Source: Myxococcota bacterium
GTDB lineage: Bacteria; Myxococcota_A; SURF-8; G963663525
Assembly (NCBI GenBank): GCA_963676915.2
Contig: CAXXVK010000024.1
Span: forward strand, 32,001-96,000
Direction: 5' to 3'
Length of the DNA: 64,000 nt
Shown in pieces: positions 51,956-61,932 of this stretch (position 1 is the stretch's first letter; each line of letters starts with the position of its first letter). A model generated the notes under the pieces. It did no database searches. It saw only the letters and a program-made list of their open reading frames with translations, and was not told where the DNA came from. The position numbers and the translations under genes are program-made.

Positions 51956-54900
51956 ATGAATCGGAGATTTTCTTCAACGGCTAGTTTGTATTTTGCCGTC
52001 GCGTTTCTTCTTTTGGGACTCTTTTCCTGGGGATGTGATGATTCCTCCGGTGGAGACCCCACGGGAGGAGACAACCCCAACACTGGGACTCAGTGTACTC
52101 CTCCAAACCACGATGAATGCGAGCAAGCCGGCGGAAACTGGGTTTGCACCAGCGAAGGTCGTTGCGTCGATCGCGGCCCCTGCACCAGTGACGCCGAATG
52201 CCAGTCCTGGCGCACCGGCTACAATGACGCTACTTGCAACAGCGGACTGTGCACCTGGGGCGGAGAAGACGGCGACGATGACAGCGAAGTGGATCAATCC
52301 ACCTCCGATGGCTGCAAACGGCTGGATTATGCGTTCAGCGGAACGTACTGCGGCGAAACCGCCACGATCTACGTCACGACCACAAGCGAAGGGGTCGGCG
52401 AAGTCTACTGGCTCGAAGAAGACCTGCAAGGTGTCGTTTCCGAAGGCTGTGTCGTCAGTTTCGAAGGCTCCGAATGTACGGGTAGCATCCTGGATGGCTC
52501 CTTGACCCTTACCTGTCCTTCCTGTGACAACGGAAGCATCGATATCGTAGCAGGTGACGGCGGTTACCTGACCATCGATCCCACCGCCCAGGATTATGGC
52601 AACGTCGAGAGAAACGCTACGAAAAACAATGACTTCCAGCTCTCGGCTTCGGAAGCGGACATCACGATTGCCAAAATCGTTTTCAGCAGCGATTCCAGCC
52701 CGAATTTCACGATTTCCAATATCGATGCCTGGACCGGTACAACCATTTCAGCCGGATCCTACCAGAACCTGACCATTAGCTATACCGCCAACTTCCCCGA
52801 AAGTATGTCGCGAGAGGCGGAAGAAGCCACAGTCTACATTTATTCGAACGACAAAATCCAGCAGGTCTACGCCATCAGCGTTTGGACAACCCCCAAAGTC
52901 GATGTCAACGTGGTTGTCGAGCCCGTTGCGATCAACTTCGGTTCCTCGGCCGTCGAATACGACAACGAGCGAATGTTCCAAATCAAAAATATCGCCGGTG
53001 CTCCCGGACAGGTCACCGGCATCGCCATCGGTGAAGACGCTCAGGGTAACCCCTGGGACGGTGAAGGAGCCTTCACCCTGATGCCGTTCACCCCTGAAAA
53101 CGAGCCTCCGTTCGTCGTTGAAGCCGGTGATGTCGTTAGTGTGTACGTCAACTTCCACCCGATCCAGGGCGTTCACCGTTCGGGCGTCACCTACGACGGA
53201 CAGATTCTCGTCACCTATCTGGACTCGGAAGACAACACCAAAGAAAAATACGTCTCGCTGATCGGTCGTGTCGAAGAAGTCCGGCCAGCCTGCTTGGACA
53301 TTCAACCCCTCGAAGGTTCCGCCGGTATCTGGGGTATGGGTGAATATCCCGGTCCTGGCATCAACTTCGGCATGTCCCAAATCGGTGTGGTCAGTACCCG
53401 TATTCTTTCCATCAGCAACTGCGGCGACCTGCCGTTGACCATCAACAACATTGCCTGGAACGAATTCGGTTGGGGACCGCCTTTCACCGCTCCTGCGTTC
53501 TTCGAGGACATGGGTACGTTCCATTCCTACACTTTGCAGCGCCAGGATACGATTTTCCTCAACATCAACTTCCTGCCGGTTTCCGAGTCGGGTACGGACC
53601 CGTTGATGGCCGCTTATTCCGGGCAAATCTTCGTCACTTCCGATGCGGAAACGGGTAACAATATCCCGGCGGGCATCCCTGAAGGAGCTTGCGATCCCAG
53701 CAACGGAAACGCAGATTGCGCTGGTTTGGTTGGTGACTGCATGTGTGTAAACTGGGGTGGTGAGAACCTCTGCCAGTGCCAGAATCCTCAGAACGTCACG
53801 GTGGGCGTCCGAGGTTCCGGTGCACGCCGCGACATCGAAGTTCTTCCTTCGAAAGTCGAATTCGGCCTGATTACCTTGGGTTGCAAAAGCCGCCCGGAAA
53901 TCATCACCATTTACAACCTCGGAGACCTTCCGCTGGATATCGAAGACATCCGAATCGGTAATGGCTCCGACGATAAATTCATCCTCAAGAATCTGCCGAC
54001 CCTGCCCATGCAACTCGGTGGATCGGGGAACATGCAGAGCGTTTCGTTCATGGCACAGTTCGAACCGACCTTCGAAGGCGAACATACAGGCCGTGTAGAG
54101 ATCGTTTCCGACGACCAGGACGAGCAGATGTACGTCGTTCCGTTGCTCGGTGAAGGCACGACCATCGCCCACCAGACCGATGAATTCGTGCAGATCGATC
54201 ACCCCATGGTGGACTTGCTTTGGGTCGTGGACCACTCCGGTTCGATGAGTGACGAGCAGGAACTGCTTCGTGACAACTTCGATGCCTTCATCCATGAAGC
54301 CGTAACCTGGGATGCCGACATGAACGTCGCGATGACCACGGTTGATATGGAAGAAGCCGAAGGTGGCGACATGGGCGAGTTCCAGGGTTCTCCGAAAATC
54401 ATCAACTTCGGTGCTCCGGACGGTTCCGGAATGAGCGCCAATGCTGCAATTGAAGCCTTCAAAGACAACTCGACAGAAGGTTCGGGAGGCGGTACCGAAA
54501 AAGGGTTGGCCGCCGGACACGCTGCCCTGTCTCCCCCCATGTTGACGGAAACCGAGCAGAATCCCGGTCCCAATGACATTTTCATCCGGGACGATGCCAA
54601 ACTTTCGATCATCTTCGTTTCCGACGAAGAAGACCAGTCGATCCCCGATACCGACTTCTACGTGGACTTCTTCAAGTCGAAAAAAGGCTATCGCAACGTG
54701 AACCTGCTCGAAGTGTACGCCATCGTTGGCGATCCCGATCCCAACGGTGGTTGTGGTGATGCCAATTCCTCGACGGGAGCTTCGGCTACAGCCGGTAACC
54801 GCTACGTTGAAGTAGCCGACCGCTGCAATCCGCACTCGGGAGAGCACTTCATTTCCGTCTGTGACCGTGACTGGGGTCCGGTGTTCAGCACAATTGCGGA

Positions 54901-55120
54901 AAACATCTTCGAGTTGCGCTATCAGTTCCCGCTCAGTCGGTGGGCCGAACCGGATTCGATCCGTGTAAAAGTCGGTCATCCGCCCAGCATTCCGATGGGA
55001 CCGCTTGAAGAAGGATGGGAATACGACGACCTCGACAACTCGATCATTTTCGATGCGGACAACGTCCCGCAACCGGGCGACACGATCATCGTGGATTACG
55101 AAGCGGAGTGTTACCAGTAA
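51956..55120 (+). CDS. Large Cys-rich lipoprotein with repeated Ig-like (choice-of-anchor D/ASH-type) domains and C-terminal vWA domain
   Basis: Lipobox SWGC; INFG...ISNCGDLPLTI repeats; VDLLWVVDHSGSM MIDAS; GTEKGL; IIFVSDEEDQS. Confidence 0.85.
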   Translation: MNRRFSSTASLYFAVAFLLLGLFSWGCDDSSGGDPTGGDNPNTGTQCTPPNHDECEQAGGNWVCTSEGRCVDRGPCTSDAECQSWRTGYNDATCNSGLCTWGGEDGDDDSEVDQSTSDGCKRLDYAFSGTYCGETATIYVTTTSEGVGEVYWLEEDLQGVVSEGCVVSFEGSECTGSILDGSLTLTCPSCDNGSIDIVAGDGGYLTIDPTAQDYGNVERNATKNNDFQLSASEADITIAKIVFSSDSSPNFTISNIDAWTGTTISAGSYQNLTISYTANFPESMSREAEEATVYIYSNDKIQQVYAISVWTTPKVDVNVVVEPVAINFGSSAVEYDNERMFQIKNIAGAPGQVTGIAIGEDAQGNPWDGEGAFTLMPFTPENEPPFVVEAGDVVSVYVNFHPIQGVHRSGVTYDGQILVTYLDSEDNTKEKYVSLIGRVEEVRPACLDIQPLEGSAGIWGMGEYPGPGINFGMSQIGVVSTRILSISNCGDLPLTINNIAWNEFGWGPPFTAPAFFEDMGTFHSYTLQRQDTIFLNINFLPVSESGTDPLMAAYSGQIFVTSDAETGNNIPAGIPEGACDPSNGNADCAGLVGDCMCVNWGGENLCQCQNPQNVTVGVRGSGARRDIEVLPSKVEFGLITLGCKSRPEIITIYNLGDLPLDIEDIRIGNGSDDKFILKNLPTLPMQLGGSGNMQSVSFMAQFEPTFEGEHTGRVEIVSDDQDEQMYVVPLLGEGTTIAHQTDEFVQIDHPMVDLLWVVDHSGSMSDEQELLRDNFDAFIHEAVTWDADMNVAMTTVDMEEAEGGDMGEFQGSPKIINFGAPDGSGMSANAAIEAFKDNSTEGSGGGTEKGLAAGHAALSPPMLTETEQNPGPNDIFIRDDAKLSIIFVSDEEDQSIPDTDFYVDFFKSKKGYRNVNLLEVYAIVGDPDPNGGCGDANSSTGASATAGNRYVEVADRCNPHSGEHFISVCDRDWGPVFSTIAENIFELRYQFPLSRWAEPDSIRVKVGHPPSIPMGPLEEGWEYDDLDNSIIFDADNVPQPGDTIIVDYEAECYQ

Positions 55121-55145
55121 AACGCTTCGGATCTTGAGTCAAATC

Positions 55146-55187
55146 AACCCCTTGCGAAAATTTCGCAAGGGGTTTTTTATTTTTTTC
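55146..55187. terminator. Intrinsic terminator
   Basis: aaccccttgcgaaa-a-tttcgcaaggggtt plus T-tract. Confidence 0.88.
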
Positions 55188-55270
55188 AGGGGGAATACGG
55201 TCTCTGTAAAAGAAACAAGGCTGAGCTGGGTAACAGATCTACAACACCAGTGCTTTGGTACCCAATAAAA

Positions 55271-56503
55271 CTATCCGAAATGATAGCCTTTGGGAATCAC
55301 GACGACACCACCTTCGCTGATGATGAAACGCTTGATATCCTCATCACGATTGTAGCCAATCACCGTACCTTCGGGAACAACAACGCTTTTATCGATAATT
55401 ACTTTACGCAGCTTGGAATGTCTTCCGACAAATACTCCCGCGAAAAGAATGGAATCCTCCACGGTCGAAAAACTGTTCACTTTCACTCCAGGACCGATGA
55501 TTGACCGGGTAACCCTGCCTCCCGAAACGATGGCTCCGTTACTCATCAACGATTCAAGCACCTGCCCTCGCCGTTCTTCCTGCGTCCAGACCGTTTTCGC
55601 CGGTGGTTTTTGGGGAAGATTGGTTCGTACCGTCCAATCGTCATCATACAAATCGAAACTGGGATTGACGTTAACAAGATCCATCGAAGCGGCGTAATAG
55701 CTATCGAGGGTTCCAATATCCTGCCAATAGGAACGATCCTTGTGATTTTCATCTTCGAAAGGATAGGCATGAACACGGTATAAGTCGAGCATTCCCGGAA
55801 TGATGTTTTTACCGAAATCGTGCTCGGTGTCCTTCTTGGCGTCCATGGAAACTTCACGAACCAATGGAGGCGTCGTAAAGATGTAAATCCCCATGGAGGC
55901 CAGGCAATAACCCGGTTTTCCCGGAATTTCCGGAGGATCGTCCGACTTTTCGTGGAACGCCTTGACCTTCCAGTTTTCGTCGATTTCGCAAACTCCCAAC
56001 CGCTTGGCTTCTTCTTTCGTGACTTCCATCGTGGAAATCGTCAGATCGGATTTTTTCTCCAAGTGATAGTTCAACATCTTGGAATAATCCATCTTGTAGA
56101 TATGGTCGCCGGATAGAATCAACACGAAGTCGGTCGGATGATTGCCCAGTAAATTGACGTTCTGGAAGATCGCGTCGGCGGTTCCTTCATACCAACGGTC
56201 ACGGGCGCGACGCTGGGGAGGTACACTGTAAAGGAATTCCCCCAGTTCGGAGGAGAAAATGTTCCATCCCTGATGCAAGTGTTCGTCCAGAGACTGGCTT
56301 TTGTATTGTGTCAGCATGTAAATGCGCCGAAAACCCGAATTTACACAATTGGAAAGTGTAAAGTCGATAATCCGATAATTTCCACCGAACGGTACCGAAG
56401 GTTTGGATCGAACCGTCGTAAGGGGATACAGACGACTCCCCTCCCCTCCCGCGAGGATCATCGTAACCGTTTTCCGCATGATGCTCGACCAGTATTGCCG
56501 CAT
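55271..56503 (-). CDS. glgC: Glucose-1-phosphate adenylyltransferase
   Basis: ILAGGEGSRLYPLT, KPSVPFGGNYRIIDF, WYEGTADA, SGDHIYKMDY, ASMGIYIF, DFGKNIIP. Confidence 0.97.
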   Translation of the reverse strand: MRQYWSSIMRKTVTMILAGGEGSRLYPLTTVRSKPSVPFGGNYRIIDFTLSNCVNSGFRRIYMLTQYKSQSLDEHLHQGWNIFSSELGEFLYSVPPQRRARDRWYEGTADAIFQNVNLLGNHPTDFVLILSGDHIYKMDYSKMLNYHLEKKSDLTISTMEVTKEEAKRLGVCEIDENWKVKAFHEKSDDPPEIPGKPGYCLASMGIYIFTTPPLVREVSMDAKKDTEHDFGKNIIPGMLDLYRVHAYPFEDENHKDRSYWQDIGTLDSYYAASMDLVNVNPSFDLYDDDWTVRTNLPQKPPAKTVWTQEERRGQVLESLMSNGAIVSGGRVTRSIIGPGVKVNSFSTVEDSILFAGVFVGRHSKLRKVIIDKSVVVPEGTVIGYNRDEDIKRFIISEGGVVVIPKGYHFG

Positions 56504-56680
56504 TCCATCCTCCGATTGAATTGACTACCCGCGGGTCAAGCGGGTTGTTTCTTCACAATGAGTTCAACTTTACGGGGATCAAGGAGAAAAAGAAATGAGA
56601 ATTTCGCGAAAAATGGCGATCGAAACGAAAAATGCCCCTTCTTTCGCTGTCTTTTCCAAGTCTTTTCCGACTCATTACAA

Positions 56681-57940
56681 TTATTTTCCGGCTACGGCTT
56701 TGGTAACTCCGATTCTGTCCCACCAGACAGAAAAACGAAAGGCATACCCTGCAAACACCAACCCTAGTGAAATTGAGAAAATGGCTGCTATACCGAACAA
56801 TCCCGTCCACCCGAGATAACCTTGGGACGACACAAGAGGCATTGTCATAAGCGGGTTGAGAAACTGGCCAAGAAAAACGGCGGTAGTCAGCCCACCGATC
56901 AGGCGTCCTCGCGACCCGACAGGAGCATGTTCGGTCAACCATACGTTGACATTCGGCATGTTGAGACCGAAACCAAAACCTCCGAAAAGCATGATCGGCA
57001 AAATCATCACATAAGAGGGAGAGAAAGCCAATCCAAACAAAGCAATCCCCACAACAAGGTACATCAAAGCGACAATTCCCTGGAAACTCAGGTGGTTACG
57101 AAACCTTCGATAATGATAAGAAGATATCGAAGCCGTTAACGTCGCACAGGCGATGGCAACCCCCGTATGGATCGCAGACAAGCCTTCGAAAGATTTCAGG
57201 AAAAACGGCAGGTGAACCGGAATCGTAAAAAAGACGGTCATTCCGAAGAATCCCATCAGATAAATCAGCACTACGATTCCCCATCCGCTTTTGGGTCGTT
57301 CTGCTCCGATTTCCAGACTATTCTTTTTCGGTTGTGTCCGTGATTCGCGAATGGAGAACCAAGCCGGATACACCAACAACAAAGACACGAGGTAAATCAG
57401 AAACGGATATCGCCACGAATGATCCGCCAGCCAACCGCCTCCGGTAAGAAAAACCACACCTCCCAAAGCCATGAAAGACGCCTGCAATCCCATAAAGGAA
57501 GCCCGTTGATCTCCGGCGAAATAATCGGCGATCAGAGTAGTTACAACCGTCATGATGCCCGCAACACCAAAGCCCAAAAGTCCCCGTGAAACCAGCAACA
57601 TCGGCAGAGTGTCCAGGTATACACCCGCACTTCCCGCCAGAGCGAAAACCACAAGAGACACCATCAGCACCGGTTTGCGCCCCACGTTGTCGATGAACCA
57701 GCCGGATATCGGTGCAATGAGGGCAATGGACAAAGCAGGAGCGGTCAAAATGAAGGGAACCAATATATCGACATTGGTCGCCTCGCGGAAAAACTCCCGA
57801 ATACCCGGAAGTGAAGGCGTGATGATCGCTCCGGCCATCACGGTGAGCGTCGAAATCAACAAAAGCAGCAGTTTTTTCGAAAACGATATTTCCATACTTC
57901 TAAGAATCTTTCGAGAAGTAAACAAATTTAATGTCTTCAC
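56681..57940 (-). CDS. MFS transporter
   Basis: About 12 TMs; motif A GWFIDNVGRK; SRGLLGFG. Confidence 0.92.
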   Translation of the reverse strand: MKTLNLFTSRKILRSMEISFSKKLLLLLISTLTVMAGAIITPSLPGIREFFREATNVDILVPFILTAPALSIALIAPISGWFIDNVGRKPVLMVSLVVFALAGSAGVYLDTLPMLLVSRGLLGFGVAGIMTVVTTLIADYFAGDQRASFMGLQASFMALGGVVFLTGGGWLADHSWRYPFLIYLVSLLLVYPAWFSIRESRTQPKKNSLEIGAERPKSGWGIVVLIYLMGFFGMTVFFTIPVHLPFFLKSFEGLSAIHTGVAIACATLTASISSYHYRRFRNHLSFQGIVALMYLVVGIALFGLAFSPSYVMILPIMLFGGFGFGLNMPNVNVWLTEHAPVGSRGRLIGGLTTAVFLGQFLNPLMTMPLVSSQGYLGWTGLFGIAAIFSISLGLVFAGYAFRFSVWWDRIGVTKAVAGK

Positions 57941-58242
57941 TATGGAGTCAAATCCTCACAAAACAAGGCGAGGTCATCATCTTAATTTCAATTCAACAAT
58001 TTCTCTTCGACCACCCTATTTTCAACCCATCAATCTCCTTAAGCAAATATGAAGCTACGCACTGCGTCAAAAAAAATAAATAATTCCTATACAAAAAAGC
58101 AATTCTCATGTCTAATAAATAGAGAGTATGACGTTGACCGGGAAAAAGTTCGTGCTTCTTTCATTGGTTTTTGGTAGATTTTTATTAAAATAAAATATGT
58201 GGGGGGAATCATAACTTTAAGGATGAACAACTATTCCTTTGC

Positions 58243-58270
58243 TTGACAGAACGATTTCATCGTTTATCAT
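58243..58270 (+). promoter_or_regulatory. Sigma70-like promoter
   Basis: TTGACA-16 nt-TATCAT after AT-rich upstream region; AGGAGG RBS before 58340. Confidence 0.6.
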
Positions 58271-58339
58271 GAGTAATTCGCTTCTATCGTTTGGTATGCG
58301 AAGAAGACGTGTCTCTTTCCGGTTCCTTAGGAGGTCGAA

Positions 58340-60640
58340 ATGCCCCGGCACAATGTGATGGCAGTATTGTTGGCTGGACTTTTAAGTGTTTTCTTATACG
58401 CCTGCGGCAGTACGGACGTCGACGGAAACGAAGACGACAACTGCGGTTGCCCCGAAAACACGACTTGTTTCAACGGACGTTGCGTTGCCAACGTTCTTCC
58501 CGGTGACAACGATGACACCACAGAAGCCGACGAACCGGAAGAATGTCTGACCGGCGGCAGTTGCAAATCCTGCCCCAGCGGTCGCCACGGCGAATGCCCC
58601 GTCAACGAATTCTGCGATCCATTGAACCTCACCTGTACACCTGGAGCAGACTGCTCTGGAGGTCTGGGAGAATGCTCTTCGAACTACGACTGTGAAACGG
58701 ACGAGTTCTGCTGCGGTGGCGAATGCGTGGAAGTCGAAGGCAGCGACCCCCAAACCGGTTGCACCGATAATAAAGACTGCAACCCGAACGAATGGTGCTC
58801 CGATGGCGGGATCTGCAAAGACGGCGGCACCCAGGAAGGCGATGGTGACGAATGCACCACCAACGAAGACTGCCCGGAAGGAGAATTCTGCGCCTCCAAT
58901 AACAAATGTGCTGAACCGGACCAAACAAATCTCGGCGACGATGACACGGATTCCAACACTGGTGGCGACGATGACAGCACGGACCTTGTCGATGACGATT
59001 CCTGGGTTACTCCCGATGAATTCGAGCGTGGACAGTGTGAATACGACGACTATCTCGGAGCCGCACAGATCAGCTTGATGAATTCCGCCAAACAGTCGAT
59101 TTCCGAAGTCAATTTCGGTGCCGTTCCCATTTTGAATCCCAAAGAAGAATACGTTTTGATTTGCAACAGCGGAAGCAAACCTCTCAACGTAACGTCCTTG
59201 CAGTTCTCGCTTGCAACCTCTCTCGAATTCCAAAAGGCCCATGAAGAGTTACCTATCACGTTGGAGCCGGGTGTTTATACCACCATCCATCTGCGTTATC
59301 GCCCCCAGGATAGCTCCGACGATACTGGCCTGATGGCTTTCCTCAGCGACGACCCCAACAACCAGCGCATGGAATTGGATCTGCGCGGAAGCGTCAAAGC
59401 CCAGGGCTTGATCGTTTCTCAACCTCGCGTTCTGCAATTCGCCGGAGCGCAACCGGGACAACAGATCCGCAAAATCGTCGCCGCCAAGAACATCGGAACA
59501 GCGGAAACCAGCATTTTCGCAACATTGCTCAATGCCAACACCAATATCATCGGTGAAGGCAAAGAACATTATGAAGCCGTCGAAGTGACCTGGCCCGACG
59601 GATCGACCACGAACGGTCCATGGACGATTCAGCCGGGAGGATATATCAACATTGCGGTCGTGATGTCCATGCCGACCGAAGGTGGTGCCCCCGATGCGGA
59701 GCTGGTCCTCGACTGGTCTACCGATACCGGTCGCGAACAAACCACCGTCACTTTGACTACCGGTGACAATGCACTGTGCGCCACCCCCAATGCTGGCGTA
59801 GACCAAACGGTCCGACCGTTGGATACGGTCCAGCTCGACGGTTCGGAATCCTACGACGACAACGGCATCGTTACCGAATATTTCTGGCAGTTCATTGAAT
59901 CGCCTGAAAACGCCACTCGTGCTATTCTCACCGACCCTGATACGGGAAATAGCATCGAAGGGAGTTGGACTACGGTCAGCAAACCACAGTTCTACGCCGA
60001 GTTGGCCGGAACGTATGAAATTATGCTGAACGTCAAAGATTCAGATGGCAGTTGCAACCCCGAGGCCATTTACGATACGGTGGTTGTCATTGCCGTTCCC
60101 GACGAAACCATCCATATTCAGCTCGTTTGGGGACGAAACAGCAACGACCATGACCTTCACTTCGTCAAACCTGGCGGCTTCCACTCCCGAGGACAAAACA
60201 GCAATGTTACGGATTGCCACTGGACCAACTGCAACACGCGACACGGCACCTCGACACCTTGTCCCGCACGCGGTTGTCCCGGCCCGTCCGATGCACCGGA
60301 CTGGGGTGTCATTGGTAGCCGCGACGATGATCCTACGCTTGATATCGACGACATCTCCGGTCCCGGTCCTGAAAATATCAACTACTCCCTTCCCGAGTTA
60401 GGCGATTTCATGGTCAGCGTCGAAAACTACTCCGGTGACCAAAGCAACATGGTAACCGTTCGTATTTGGGTGTTCGGTGTAATGCGCTTGAACGTAAGCT
60501 ACGGCCCCCCCATGCAGACGCAAGGGTTCCGTTCGAACTGCTACTGGAAGGTGGCGTGGGTCAATGTCCATTCGCCAACCGATATCGACGTATCGCCGAT
60601 TAACGATTTCGGAGCTTCCGGGTCCGCATTGTGTCCGTGA
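58340..60640 (+). CDS. Cys-rich lipoprotein with Ig-like, PKD-like and YfaP-like C-terminal domains
   Basis: Lipobox LYAC; tandem CxxxxDCxxxEFC repeats; PNAGVDQTV...LDGSESYD (PKD); LVW...DHDLH...LDIDDISGPGPENI. Confidence 0.82.
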   Translation: MPRHNVMAVLLAGLLSVFLYACGSTDVDGNEDDNCGCPENTTCFNGRCVANVLPGDNDDTTEADEPEECLTGGSCKSCPSGRHGECPVNEFCDPLNLTCTPGADCSGGLGECSSNYDCETDEFCCGGECVEVEGSDPQTGCTDNKDCNPNEWCSDGGICKDGGTQEGDGDECTTNEDCPEGEFCASNNKCAEPDQTNLGDDDTDSNTGGDDDSTDLVDDDSWVTPDEFERGQCEYDDYLGAAQISLMNSAKQSISEVNFGAVPILNPKEEYVLICNSGSKPLNVTSLQFSLATSLEFQKAHEELPITLEPGVYTTIHLRYRPQDSSDDTGLMAFLSDDPNNQRMELDLRGSVKAQGLIVSQPRVLQFAGAQPGQQIRKIVAAKNIGTAETSIFATLLNANTNIIGEGKEHYEAVEVTWPDGSTTNGPWTIQPGGYINIAVVMSMPTEGGAPDAELVLDWSTDTGREQTTVTLTTGDNALCATPNAGVDQTVRPLDTVQLDGSESYDDNGIVTEYFWQFIESPENATRAILTDPDTGNSIEGSWTTVSKPQFYAELAGTYEIMLNVKDSDGSCNPEAIYDTVVVIAVPDETIHIQLVWGRNSNDHDLHFVKPGGFHSRGQNSNVTDCHWTNCNTRHGTSTPCPARGCPGPSDAPDWGVIGSRDDDPTLDIDDISGPGPENINYSLPELGDFMVSVENYSGDQSNMVTVRIWVFGVMRLNVSYGPPMQTQGFRSNCYWKVAWVNVHSPTDIDVSPINDFGASGSALCP

Positions 60641-60662
60641 TGTCCATTCCCTCTGCTCTTTC

Positions 60663-60688
60663 AGCCCGCCTTTTCGGCGGGCTTTTTT
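60663..60688 (+). terminator. Intrinsic terminator
   Basis: agcccgcc-tttc-ggcgggct followed by T-tract. Confidence 0.85.
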
Positions 60689-60781
60689 ATTTTTGCCTCT
60701 TGCCTTTCGGTTCCAAATTGACGACAATTTGCATCCTTTGATATGATTTGTACCCTTTGTTTTCACTTTGGAAGGAATACG

Positions 60782-61858
60782 ATGCCCTCTCGACTTCTCG
60801 ATGTTCATCCCCGTTTTCTCGCCACCATGGTCGGCAGTATGCCTCAAGTCGATGCCGACGAAGCCGTTCACCGCATCGTAGAGGCGGTACCGGAAGCCCC
60901 CGTTTGTCCGCAACTTCCCAACCGGGACTGGTCCGAACATTTTCTGGTACAATACGGTTGGCACTTGCCGTGCACGATTTCGGATCCCGAGAAGAAGAAA
61001 TTTGTCATTACGGGTATCGAAGACTGCGCCGAGGAGTTGGCGTCGTTCTATGAAAAAGCACTCTTGGCCGAAGAAACCGGCGACCTGGACGCTTTCGCCA
61101 TGTCTCCCGATTTCTGCCCCGGATTTTTCTCGCTCGAAAATTATCTAAAACAACGACCTACACCGCCACGATTCGCCAAAGTTCAAGTGATCGGTCCGGT
61201 GTCTTTCGGTCTGGGGCTGAAAGATATTGATGGACGCCTGAGCTTTTTCCGCGACGATTTTCGAGACGTGATCATCCGCGCTATCGCACTCCAAGCACGA
61301 TGGCAGGTCCGCTGCTACACTCCCCTTTGCGAGCGGGTTATCAGTTTCATCGACGAACCTTATCTGCAATCCTTCGGGAGCATGGAATACATCGCGTTGA
61401 GCCGCGAAGACGCCGTAACCGCCGTTAAAGAGGTCTGCGACGCTATCAAAACGGAAGGAGCCATTGCGGGAGTACATGTTTGCGGTAAAACCGACTGGAG
61501 CCTACTCACCGAAGCCGAGGTGGATCTACTCAACTTCGACGCCTACACCCAAGGTGACTCTCTGGCCCTTTACGTCAACGAAATCAACGGTTTCCTCGAA
61601 CGAGGCGGCATCATCGCCTGGGGAATGATTCCCACCGCTCCCGGCGATATCGATAAAGAAACGCCGGATCAACTCGTGCAACGAATGGAGAGTCTGCTCG
61701 ACCGCCTATCCGAAAAGGGTATCGATCGGGAACGAATGATCGATCGTTCGATGATCACCCCGGCCTGCGGTCTGGGAACGTTGTCCATCGAACATGCCGA
61801 CAAAGCGGGAATGCTGTTGCGTGAAACCTCCAAGCGTTTGCAGGAGCGCTACGCCTGA
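60782..61858 (+). CDS. Single-domain (core) MetE-like methionine synthase
   Basis: TMVGSMP, PQLP, KVQVIGPVS, FIDEP, GVHVCG, LNFDAY, AWGMIPT, ITPACGLG; ~358 aa, no N-terminal folate-binding barrel. Confidence 0.8.
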   Translation: MPSRLLDVHPRFLATMVGSMPQVDADEAVHRIVEAVPEAPVCPQLPNRDWSEHFLVQYGWHLPCTISDPEKKKFVITGIEDCAEELASFYEKALLAEETGDLDAFAMSPDFCPGFFSLENYLKQRPTPPRFAKVQVIGPVSFGLGLKDIDGRLSFFRDDFRDVIIRAIALQARWQVRCYTPLCERVISFIDEPYLQSFGSMEYIALSREDAVTAVKEVCDAIKTEGAIAGVHVCGKTDWSLLTEAEVDLLNFDAYTQGDSLALYVNEINGFLERGGIIAWGMIPTAPGDIDKETPDQLVQRMESLLDRLSEKGIDRERMIDRSMITPACGLGTLSIEHADKAGMLLRETSKRLQERYA

Positions 61859-61876
61859 GATAGCTCCAAACAGATA

Positions 61877-61904
61877 AATCCCCTCTCATCAAGAAGAGGG
61901 GATT
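61877..61904. terminator. Hairpin between convergent genes
   Basis: aatcccctct-catcaaga-agaggggatt. Confidence 0.6.
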
Positions 61905-61932
61905 CGTTTATGATATCAAGACAGTAAAGACT

